A stretch of DNA of 64,000 nucleotides from an uncultured Chloroflexia bacterium (GTDB lineage: Bacteria; Chloroflexota; Dehalococcoidia; GIF9; UBA5629), in the NCBI GenBank assembly GCA_963820495.1, contig CAWGAF010000002.1:121913-185912 (forward strand), read 5' to 3'. The notes beneath the pieces were generated by a model. The model was given only the letters and a program-made list of their open reading frames with translations. It had not been told where the DNA came from and did not search any database. How positions within the stretch are numbered: position 1 is the first letter of the stretch; the number at the start of each line of letters is the position of its first letter. Below, one piece after another: positions 56,700 to 64,000 of this stretch. The translations under genes were made by a program, and so were the position numbers.

Positions 56700-57051
56700 A
56701 CTAACATCCCCTCCTTTAATCCCTATTGAGCATATTGCCTAGAGGTAAATTATTATAGCACATGCAGAATTACCTTTAAATTATAAAAGAAGTTCAGTAT
56801 TATTTGTTTAAATATTGTTTGTAAATAGGTTTATGCCTATGAAATAAATTACAAATGTAATTTGTTTTGAAGATTGCACCAGATATGTTGACACCCAACT
56901 GAAAGATTGCTTATTATTATTCACATATATCGATAATACACCTGTTTAGGCACACTGAAGCTGTATGAAGTAGAGATATTTGAGGGATAAGGATGTGTGT
57001 GGTAAACCAGAGTGTTAGTCGAGAGATATAGCAGGCATAAAAGGAGGAGAA

Positions 57052-57528
57052 ATGCTAAAGAAAATATTAGTTCCCCTTGACGGCTCCAAACTGGCGGAGT
57101 GTGCTTTACCGTATGTAGAGGAGCTGGCAGCAAAACATGTAGCTGAGGAGGTTGTCTTAATCAGTGTCACAGAGCGTATTCAGGGATTTAGACCTATAGA
57201 GGATTTGGGCTCGCCAACTGAAGAGCGTCTAGCGCCCGAGGCTGTAGGCAAAATGGAAAGACAAGCGATGAAATATCTTGATAGGATAGCCAAAAGTTTA
57301 GAGGGCAAGGGTATTAAAGTGACCAAAGAAGTGCCCTTGGGGAATCCTGCAGAAGAAATTATCATCTATGCAGAGATTAAAGGTTGTGATCTTATTGCGA
57401 TGGCAAGCCATGGGCGTGGTGGCCCCAGCAGGTGGGTGCATGGTAGTGTGGCAGATAGAATCCTCAAGGCTGTCCACGTACCAGTCATGATCATACGGGC
57501 ACCTGGCTGTGCTGCAATTGGTAAATGA
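57052..57528 (+). CDS. universal stress protein (UspA family)
   Basis: 158 aa: KILVPLDGS, DLIAMASHGRGG...GSVADRIL. Confidence 0.85.
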   Translation: MLKKILVPLDGSKLAECALPYVEELAAKHVAEEVVLISVTERIQGFRPIEDLGSPTEERLAPEAVGKMERQAMKYLDRIAKSLEGKGIKVTKEVPLGNPAEEIIIYAEIKGCDLIAMASHGRGGPSRWVHGSVADRILKAVHVPVMIIRAPGCAAIGK

Positions 57529-57558
57529 GCCGCCAGAGAAACGTAATAAAATATTACT

Positions 57559-57620
57559 TAAGAACTACCACCATAGCTGAAGTTGTGACGTGCTGCTTGC
57601 AGCTATGGTGGTAGTTCTTA
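57559..57620. terminator. perfect 21-bp inverted repeat between convergent genes (bidirectional terminator-like hairpin)
   Basis: TAAGAACTACCACCATAGCTG (57559-57579) pairs with CAGCTATGGTGGTAGTTCTTA (57600-57620) across a 20-nt loop. An A/T-rich tract lies on the left side only. Confidence 0.55.
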
Positions 57621-57676
57621 GTGAATTAGCCTGCTAGCAAAAAGGAAAGGCGATTTTCTTCGATCCAGAGTTGTAT

Positions 57677-58609
57677 TTAGTAATTAACCTTGTCCTTCCC
57701 TTTTAAGCCCAGTATCTTTCTGGCTTCGTCGGGAGTAGCTATTTCTCGGCCAAGCTCTCTGGCGATTCTTACCACTTTTTCTACCAGTTGTGCATTAGTG
57801 CCGAGCTTACCCTTTTCAATAAAGATATTATCTTCCAGACCTACCCTGGCGTGCCCCCCCATCATTATCGATAGTGTTGCCAGATTAAATTCTGCTGGGT
57901 AGCCGGCACCGATTACCGACCACTTGTAGTTTTCTGCACCGAACAGTCTATCGGCAGTATGCTTCATGTACATAACATCTTCTATAGTGGAACCGATTCC
58001 ACCTAAAATTCCAGTAACAAATTGTATCCACAGTGGAGGCTTGAGGATATTTTTCCTCAGCAGGAAGTTAATATTGTAAAGATGACCGACATCGTACGCC
58101 TCGTGTTCCGGCTTAGTGTCATTTTCCTTCATGGTTTGGCAAAAGTGTTCAATATCAGCGAAAGTATTTCTGAAGATGAACTCTTTGGTGCTTTCGGCAA
58201 ATTGTTTTTCCCACGGGTACTTGTACTCCTCGTCCTTATATCGATCGACTATGGGATGGATTGAAAAATTAATCGACCCCATATTGAATGTGGCGAGTTC
58301 AGGCTTAAGTGCAGGGACCACTTTTACTCTATCCGCTGCAGTCATATCAGCAGTACCACCAGTAGTCACGCAGACTATCACATTGCTGCGTGCCTTTATG
58401 CCAGCGGCAATTTCCTTGTATACGGCTGGATCGGTCGTTGGCTTGGCAGTCTTGGGGTCCCTGCCGTGAATATGTACTGAGGCTGCCCCAGCGTTAGCTG
58501 CTCTTACAGCATCGTCGATAATCTCTTGAGGTGTTAGAGGTAGGTGAGATGTCTGTGTTGGGAGGGTTATATTGCCAGTTAGGGCACAAGTTACAATTAG
58601 TTTTTCCAT
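57677..58609 (-). CDS. BKACE-family (DUF849) beta-keto acid cleavage enzyme; candidate triacetate acetoacetate-lyase
   Basis: 310 aa: LIVTCALTGN...LPLTPQEIIDDAVRAANAGAASVHIHGRD, typical BKACE N-terminus. Confidence 0.75.
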   Translation of the reverse strand: MEKLIVTCALTGNITLPTQTSHLPLTPQEIIDDAVRAANAGAASVHIHGRDPKTAKPTTDPAVYKEIAAGIKARSNVIVCVTTGGTADMTAADRVKVVPALKPELATFNMGSINFSIHPIVDRYKDEEYKYPWEKQFAESTKEFIFRNTFADIEHFCQTMKENDTKPEHEAYDVGHLYNINFLLRKNILKPPLWIQFVTGILGGIGSTIEDVMYMKHTADRLFGAENYKWSVIGAGYPAEFNLATLSIMMGGHARVGLEDNIFIEKGKLGTNAQLVEKVVRIARELGREIATPDEARKILGLKGKDKVNY

Positions 58610-58693
58610 TTATAGTTTATGAGTCCTCCTTTATTGTACTCTATATTAATTATAAGTTATGTTGTAGTTAGAGTTAAATTTTTATTAAGCCAC

Positions 58694-59641
58694 CTAGCTT
58701 CGTTGCTTTCGAGAGTAATCTATAAGGTACTTTAAAAGATTTTCTCTAGTACGCTTGATAATTTCCGGTGTCCAGTTATCATAGAAGCCTTTCCCCGATT
58801 TAAACCCAAGCTCTCCTTTCTTTACTTTTTCTTTTAAAAGGGGTGATGGGTTGGGAGAAGCCTCTAAATGCTTTAAAACAGTGTTGTGTATAGCTAATGT
58901 CAGATCCAGCCCAGCCATATCAGCGTTCTCAAGCGGCCCTAGAACTGCTACTCTGATACCGAAACTCTGCTTGATGGCAGCGTCAACAGTGGCGGCATCA
59001 GCGATGCCATTTTCCACGATTGAGATTGCCTCTCGCCACAGGGCGTGCTGAAGACGGTTGGCGACAAAACCTGGCACATCCTTCAAACACTTGATGGGAT
59101 ATTTGCCAGCTTTTTTCATAAATTGATAGGTTATTTCCATAGTATCATCAGAGGTATCTTTCCCCTTTACTACTTCAACCAGAGGAATGAGATACGGTGG
59201 GTACCAGAAATGTGTTCCCACGATTCTGTTTCTATTCTTAGCTTTAGAAGCTATCTCAGTTATGCTAATTACAGATGTATTGGTTGCCAGAATCTTTTCG
59301 GGAGGGGATATCTTGTCTAGCTCTTGAAACGTATCCTGCTTTATTTTGAGGTCCTCGGCTATAGATTCGATAACGATGGGGGCATTGGCCACTGCTTCAG
59401 CCATGTCTCTGGTAGTTTTTATCTTGCCTACAATTTTTGCTATTTCCTCATCTTTGCCGGCTTGGTCTGCTAGCAAAGGGGCTAGCTCTCCTTTGACGCC
59501 TTCAATAGCTTTGTCCAGGGTCTGCTGTGTTCTGGAAAAGAGTGTGACCTGATAACCGGACTTGGCGAAGTGCAACGCCAATCCGTGTCCTATCATACCT
59601 GCGCCTAGTAAAGCAATACTACGAACCTCTTCAGCCTTCAT
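58694..59641 (-). CDS. 3-hydroxyacyl-CoA dehydrogenase-family NAD(P) oxidoreductase; candidate 3-hydroxy-5-oxohexanoate dehydrogenase
   Basis: 315 aa: IALLGAGMIGHG Rossmann motif, PGFVANRLQ, 3HCDH C-terminal domain pattern. Confidence 0.75.
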   Translation of the reverse strand: MKAEEVRSIALLGAGMIGHGLALHFAKSGYQVTLFSRTQQTLDKAIEGVKGELAPLLADQAGKDEEIAKIVGKIKTTRDMAEAVANAPIVIESIAEDLKIKQDTFQELDKISPPEKILATNTSVISITEIASKAKNRNRIVGTHFWYPPYLIPLVEVVKGKDTSDDTMEITYQFMKKAGKYPIKCLKDVPGFVANRLQHALWREAISIVENGIADAATVDAAIKQSFGIRVAVLGPLENADMAGLDLTLAIHNTVLKHLEASPNPSPLLKEKVKKGELGFKSGKGFYDNWTPEIIKRTRENLLKYLIDYSRKQRS

Positions 59642-59728
59642 TGGGATAACTCCTTATATAACAGAAATGATACTAGATTGAGTATATATTTGTATTTATT
59701 TATCGAAGCACGAAGATGGGATTCTAGC

Positions 59729-60067
59729 TTAGTAGTTCACACATACCAGCATGGTTACTATCTTGTTAGTCTTGTTTATAATTTCTCTTCCCTCAAATGG
59801 AGCTATATACAGGGAGTCCATGGGTCCAAGAGTGAACTCTTCTGTTTTAGATTTAATGGTGATTTCTCCATCTAGGACAATATACACTTTCTCTGTGGGT
59901 GAATCTTCATAGGCCCATTCAGAACCACCAGCAGGGAGGAAATATGAAAGCCCCATCCAGAATTTCTGGATACCTGTTTCATCCTTGCCTTGTAGTCTTA
60001 GAGTGGATACATTAAAATGCTTTGGTGCTGCATAGGGTTTAACATCACTAAGTCGAACCTTTTTCAT
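59729..60067 (-). CDS. cupin-domain protein
   Basis: 112 aa, small beta-barrel pattern (VYIVLDGEITI...GPMDSLYIAP). Confidence 0.65.
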   Translation of the reverse strand: MKKVRLSDVKPYAAPKHFNVSTLRLQGKDETGIQKFWMGLSYFLPAGGSEWAYEDSPTEKVYIVLDGEITIKSKTEEFTLGPMDSLYIAPFEGREIINKTNKIVTMLVCVNY

Positions 60068-60136
60068 ATTTCCTCCCTAATGAATTTTCTATCGTTATTT
60101 ATTTTTAGAGTGGCTTTAATTTAAGTTCAAGTTGAT

Positions 60137-60898
60137 TTACTGATCACCAGAATCAACGATGGCGACTAATCTGACCATTGAGCCATCCCCTTTGACCCAC
60201 CGGATTGGAAATCCAGCTAAAGTAACTCTCTTACCTACTACTTTGTCAATGTCGCCGCCGACATTTTCGTAACCCATGATGCCATTTTTCAAAATGATGT
60301 TGTGGCAGGGTTCCCATAGCGGAAAATCGTCTATTACTTTGCGTCCGGTCTCTTTTTCATACTCAGCACATACGTCCGGCCGCAATGGACCTAATCCGTG
60401 AGGACCTATCGCGGTAGCCAGCGGATGGTCAAGAGCCTGCTGGTCAACGCCGACACATTTCACACCCTTCTGTACGAACCAATCACCAGCTTCTTTGTAA
60501 AGACCAGGTGAGTAGCAAAAATACTTTGTGTTATCTCCATAATATATATGCCAGTGAGTGTGTACGATGACTATATCCCCCTTTTCAATCTTGGGTTTGG
60601 CTTTTTCTAAGTCGTCTGGGGTGATTACGCCCCATTTGTTTTTGGGAATGTCGACGACAACTCCAGTGCCATAGTACTTTTCCAAGGGGATTTCGTCGGT
60701 GTACATGCCTCCCTCGAAGACATGAGCTGGGGAATCAGCGTGTGTTGCACAATGCATAGTAGTGGTGATTTTTTGAGTTAGTACTCCAGCCTTGGCGTGG
60801 TAATGTATTCTCTCAATTTGGACATCCGAAAAATAGGGCCATAGTGGCACACCAAAACCCCAAGGATGACTTAAATCTACAAGTTGCACTTTTCCCAT
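60137..60898 (-). CDS. putative-cyclase-family metal hydrolase; candidate dihydrophloroglucinol cyclohydrolase
   Basis: 253 aa: HCATHADSPAHV matches the HxGTHxDxPxH cyclase/formamidase motif. Confidence 0.75.
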   Translation of the reverse strand: MGKVQLVDLSHPWGFGVPLWPYFSDVQIERIHYHAKAGVLTQKITTTMHCATHADSPAHVFEGGMYTDEIPLEKYYGTGVVVDIPKNKWGVITPDDLEKAKPKIEKGDIVIVHTHWHIYYGDNTKYFCYSPGLYKEAGDWFVQKGVKCVGVDQQALDHPLATAIGPHGLGPLRPDVCAEYEKETGRKVIDDFPLWEPCHNIILKNGIMGYENVGGDIDKVVGKRVTLAGFPIRWVKGDGSMVRLVAIVDSGDQ

Positions 60899-61045
60899 AG
60901 CAGGATACCTCCTTTAATGTTGTTACTTAGTTCTTGAATAACTCGGGCTCAAGCTTTGAGCTACTCCGGTACCTGTGTAAATAATATTTTCCTATTTCTT
61001 TTCTTTGCCTCCTTCCCGAAAGAAATCATCATTCGATGGTTTTTA

Positions 61046-61810
61046 CTACCAGGTAGTTACACCGCCATCAACATACACTACCTGACCAGTAACAAAATCG
61101 GAAGCTTTTGAAGCCAAGAAAATTGTAGGCCCAATAATATCTTCGGGCATTGCCCAGCGACCGAGCGGAATGCGGGCTTTCATTCTTTTGGCGTACTCTG
61201 GGTCGGCAAGTGCAGGGCGGGTAAGTTCAGTTTCTACGACAGTAGGCGCTACTGCATTCACGAGTACATTGTGTTTAGCCCACTCGCAGGCTAATGTTCG
61301 TGTCAGAGTATCTACAGCTCCTTTACTGGGGCAGTATGCTGCGTAGTCCACAGGAAGGCCGTACCGGCCTCTTACTGAGGATACATTCACTATCTTGCCG
61401 TTTTTTTGTTTAATCATTACACGTCCCACTGCCTGGCAGCAGACAAAGGTACCACGAGCATTGATATCCATTACCTGTTGCCACTCGTCAATAGGAAAAG
61501 TTTCAGCAGGATGGCGAATGGCGATACCGGCAGCGTTCACCAGAATATCAATGCGTGGGAATTCTTTCAGTACACGTGCTACCATATCCTCTACTGATTT
61601 CACCTGAGTAACATCTGTGGAGGTGGCTAGGGCTTTTCTTCCTTTGGATTTTATATCCTTGGCTGTTTCTTCCAGATGTCCAAGTTTGCGGCTGGTTACT
61701 ACAACATCAGCACCTGCATCAGCAAGCCCCAGAGCTAGAGCACGTCCAATACCACCAGCACCACCAGTTACGATGGCAACTTTGCCTGTCAAATTAAATA
61801 AATCGCTCAA
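61046..61810 (-). CDS. short-chain dehydrogenase/reductase; candidate phloroglucinol reductase
   Basis: 254 aa: TGGAGGIGRA, NAAG, S...YCPSK catalytic triad pattern. Confidence 0.8.
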   Translation of the reverse strand: MSDLFNLTGKVAIVTGGAGGIGRALALGLADAGADVVVTSRKLGHLEETAKDIKSKGRKALATSTDVTQVKSVEDMVARVLKEFPRIDILVNAAGIAIRHPAETFPIDEWQQVMDINARGTFVCCQAVGRVMIKQKNGKIVNVSSVRGRYGLPVDYAAYCPSKGAVDTLTRTLACEWAKHNVLVNAVAPTVVETELTRPALADPEYAKRMKARIPLGRWAMPEDIIGPTIFLASKASDFVTGQVVYVDGGVTTW

Positions 61811-61835
61811 GTTATCCTCCTTTTCAAGACGTTAT

Positions 61836-62663
61836 TTACGCTTTGCTTAGATTGATTGCCCCCAGATAATTGTCAGTTTTCAAGTCAACGTCGATTGTCT
61901 TTGCTGTGTAGCCTTTGCATTCAATCTTTACGGAGTATTTTCCAGCAGCCAGACTATCAAACATGAAGTCACCGAAAGTGTTGGCCGTAGCCTTGGTTGA
62001 TTTGCCGTTTGAGGTTAGGGTTACCGAAGCTCCTTCAGCGCACTCGTTCTTGTCACCATAAGCTACCGATCCAGCGATGAAAATTTTGGGCACATTCATA
62101 TAAAGGACTCTTGGATTTGTTTTATATTGAGGGTAGAGGGGTTCTGTCTTCCCTGAAGCTACGAGTTTGGCTACCTCGCTCTTAGGATCATCAAGGTCAC
62201 CAAATTTAAGAGCCTCGCTGGGGCAGGAAAGTACGCATCTGGGTATCTTTCCTTCCTCAAGCCTGTGAATGCAGAGAGTGCACTTTTGAGGTAGCTTCTT
62301 CTCTTCGTTCCAGAATATTACTTTGTAAGGGCAGGCATCTACTATTTGCTTTTGACCGACGGCTTTCTTGGGGTCTATAATCACTATCCCATCAGGTCTT
62401 TTAGTTACAGCACCATCTTTGGCAACTTTCATGCATGGGGCATCGTCACAGTGCACACAAAGGGCGGGCACATAAGCTACCTTTATACAGGGGTAGGTGC
62501 CACGCTCGCGCTTAATGGGGTTGATCCAGAATTGGTCGAACCTGGGCTGAGCTGCAGAATAGGGAGGATAATTGTTCTCCCAGTACTCATCTTTACAGGC
62601 AGCAAAGCAGCAATAGCATGCAGTGCATCTTGATACGTCTATCACCATACCATATTTAGCCAT
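61836..62663 (-). CDS. transhydroxylase small (beta) subunit-like: 4Fe-4S ferredoxin domains + C-terminal beta-sandwich
   Basis: Preferred start is MAKYGMVIDVSRC (ATG 62663, GGAGGG 7 nt upstream), giving 275 aa. CTACYCCFAAC plus further Cys groups. The C-terminus (GKYSVKIECKGYTAKTIDVDL) is carboxypeptidase-regulatory-like. Confidence 0.8.
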   Translation of the reverse strand: MAKYGMVIDVSRCTACYCCFAACKDEYWENNYPPYSAAQPRFDQFWINPIKRERGTYPCIKVAYVPALCVHCDDAPCMKVAKDGAVTKRPDGIVIIDPKKAVGQKQIVDACPYKVIFWNEEKKLPQKCTLCIHRLEEGKIPRCVLSCPSEALKFGDLDDPKSEVAKLVASGKTEPLYPQYKTNPRVLYMNVPKIFIAGSVAYGDKNECAEGASVTLTSNGKSTKATANTFGDFMFDSLAAGKYSVKIECKGYTAKTIDVDLKTDNYLGAINLSKA

Positions 62664-62665
62664 TT

Positions 62666-64000
62666 TTATGCCCTCCATTTCTCAATTTCAATTAAGCAGG
62701 AGCCTGGAGCCATACCACAGGCATTCTTGGATATGAAGCGGTGTGGTGTCAGCAAATTGATGCATCCACCTTTGTCTGGAGATTCTCCCGGTTCACCAAT
62801 AGGCTCGTAGATAGCGCAGGATTCCCAGGCGTGAGCTACACCAGGTGGAACTCGGTTAGTAACCTGGGCACTTAAGAGCACAGCCCCTCTATCATTGAAA
62901 GCTTTGACAATGTCGCCTTCTTTAATACCTCTCTTTTCCGCATCCTTGGGGCTGATACGGAGTACCCAGTAGTAATGGCCATCTGGTGCTTTCACTCTGT
63001 GCTCTGGCACTTCATTCATCCAGCTCTCCTTGCCGTCATACATTGTGTGGAAGCTATACCTGGGATGTGGTGTGATTATCTGGATAGGATACTTGGAGTA
63101 TAGCTCTGTGGTGCGGTGACCTTCCCAGGAAGGAATATATTTAGCCACCGGTGGGCGCTCTGGGTCGTTGGGGTCAAACCTCTTGAGACTGGTTGCTTCA
63201 AACTCAATCTTGCCAGTTTGGGTAGCCAATCCTGACTCATCAGGTAGGCTCATTATGCCGCCACCAGCTGGACCCCAGTCAGGTGTATCCTTTCGTCTAC
63301 CTTCGGCAAACCATCTCAGTGCTGGAGTGGGTTTGTAATTCTTGGGTATCGGAACCACAAAGTAACCTTTCTTTTCGAAATCTTCCCAGGATATATATTT
63401 GGGCAGGTCTGTTGACTTGTAGTATTGCTTACACCAATCGTAGAGTGTTTTGCCGCCGTCGGTGAACTTCTCATAGAAGCCAAGCCTCTTTGCGACTAAG
63501 GCAAAGATGTCATAGTCTGCCATTGATTCGCCCAGAGGCTCAATGCATTTCTTCTGCAGGACGATAGTGCGGCGGTTAGTTCCAGAGGAAGAGTGAGGAA
63601 TATAGCCTGAGCAATTACCCCATTCGCCGATATCCCATCTCTCGAAGTTAGAGCAGGCAGGCAATATGATGTCGGCAAATTTAGCTTCACCTTCCATGTA
63701 GATGGACTGGTTGACCACGAAATCCAGGTTAGGACTCTGGTACATCTTGACCCAGCGGTTGGTATTGGTCATAGTGCCAATATAGGCGCCGCCATATCTC
63801 CAGAACATCTTTCCCGTAGAGAATCCATCTTCAGGATACTTGTATTTCTTGAATTGCATTTCGGTTGAGTTACCGCAGAAACCCTTGCCTCGCCACTCAA
63901 TAGGCGGGTTCATGATAGCTTCAGGAAGAAGTAACCTGGGTATATGCTGTCCCAGGGGGTTGTTCACCATTGAGGCTACGGTGTGCAGCGTAATGCCGCG
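62666..64000 (-). CDS. pyrogallol-phloroglucinol transhydroxylase large (alpha) subunit-like Mo enzyme, C-terminal 444 aa; gene continues beyond window end
   Basis: The frame stays open to 64000 (RGITLHTVASMVNNPLG...), so the track Met at 63970 is internal. It is paralogous to 51948-54467 and ends ...CLIEIEKWRA. Confidence 0.85.
   Translation of the reverse strand, partial: RGITLHTVASMVNNPLGQHIPRLLLPEAIMNPPIEWRGKGFCGNSTEMQFKKYKYPEDGFSTGKMFWRYGGAYIGTMTNTNRWVKMYQSPNLDFVVNQSIYMEGEAKFADIILPACSNFERWDIGEWGNCSGYIPHSSSGTNRRTIVLQKKCIEPLGESMADYDIFALVAKRLGFYEKFTDGGKTLYDWCKQYYKSTDLPKYISWEDFEKKGYFVVPIPKNYKPTPALRWFAEGRRKDTPDWGPAGGGIMSLPDESGLATQTGKIEFEATSLKRFDPNDPERPPVAKYIPSWEGHRTTELYSKYPIQIITPHPRYSFHTMYDGKESWMNEVPEHRVKAPDGHYYWVLRISPKDAEKRGIKEGDIVKAFNDRGAVLLSAQVTNRVPPGVAHAWESCAIYEPIGEPGESPDKGGCINLLTPHRFISKNACGMAPGSCLIEIEKWRA

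Noticed and set aside
1-64000. Scan for CRISPR arrays, rRNA, tmRNA, RNase P or SRP-like conserved boxes, reverse transcriptases and toxin-antitoxin pairs
   Set aside because: I saw no regularly spaced direct repeats and no recognisable conserved RNA boxes or such genes. A by-eye scan cannot exclude small ncRNAs.

Overview
64-kb bacterial chromosomal window with about 70 protein-coding genes, one tRNA (tRNA-Ala GGC), no rRNA and no CRISPR array. Core gene content and local synteny (der-plsY-gpsA beside dnaJ; J-protein-hspR-clpB; polA-mutM; hrcA-grpE-dnaK behind a CIRCE operator) look Chloroflexota/Dehalococcoidia-like; this is inference only, since no search was possible. Left to right: (1) a truncated alpha-glucan phosphorylase. 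(2) A seven-gene phospho-threonine signalling locus with five FHA proteins, one PP2C and one Ser/Thr kinase; one receptor-like FHA protein has 76 consecutive prolines. (3) A visibly AT-rich island with two tandem DUF262 (GmrSD-like) genes abutting the 3' end of tRNA-Ala. (4) An HspR heat-shock locus in which clpB is frameshifted and hsp20 carries an in-frame TAA. (5) A housekeeping block: nudix, dnaJ, gpsA, plsY, der, argF, a split polA, mutM. (6) A small accessory block bracketed by REP-like elements. (7) A gltX to dnaK housekeeping block. (8) A 2.7-kb IS1595-family transposon with 8-bp target duplication carrying a four-gene cassette of unknown function. (9) PKD-repeat lipoproteins, glyA, nth. 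(10) An IS481-like IS. (11) A polyphenol-catabolic region with two pyrogallol-phloroglucinol transhydroxylase-like Mo subunits, one FeS beta subunit, and SDR/cyclase/HADH/BKACE genes matching the anaerobic phloroglucinol pathway. Best candidates for undescribed biology are the FHA receptor-like signalling locus, the transposon-borne four-gene cassette and the tandem DUF262 island. All functional calls rest on motifs read by eye from the translations; no database search or computation was run.
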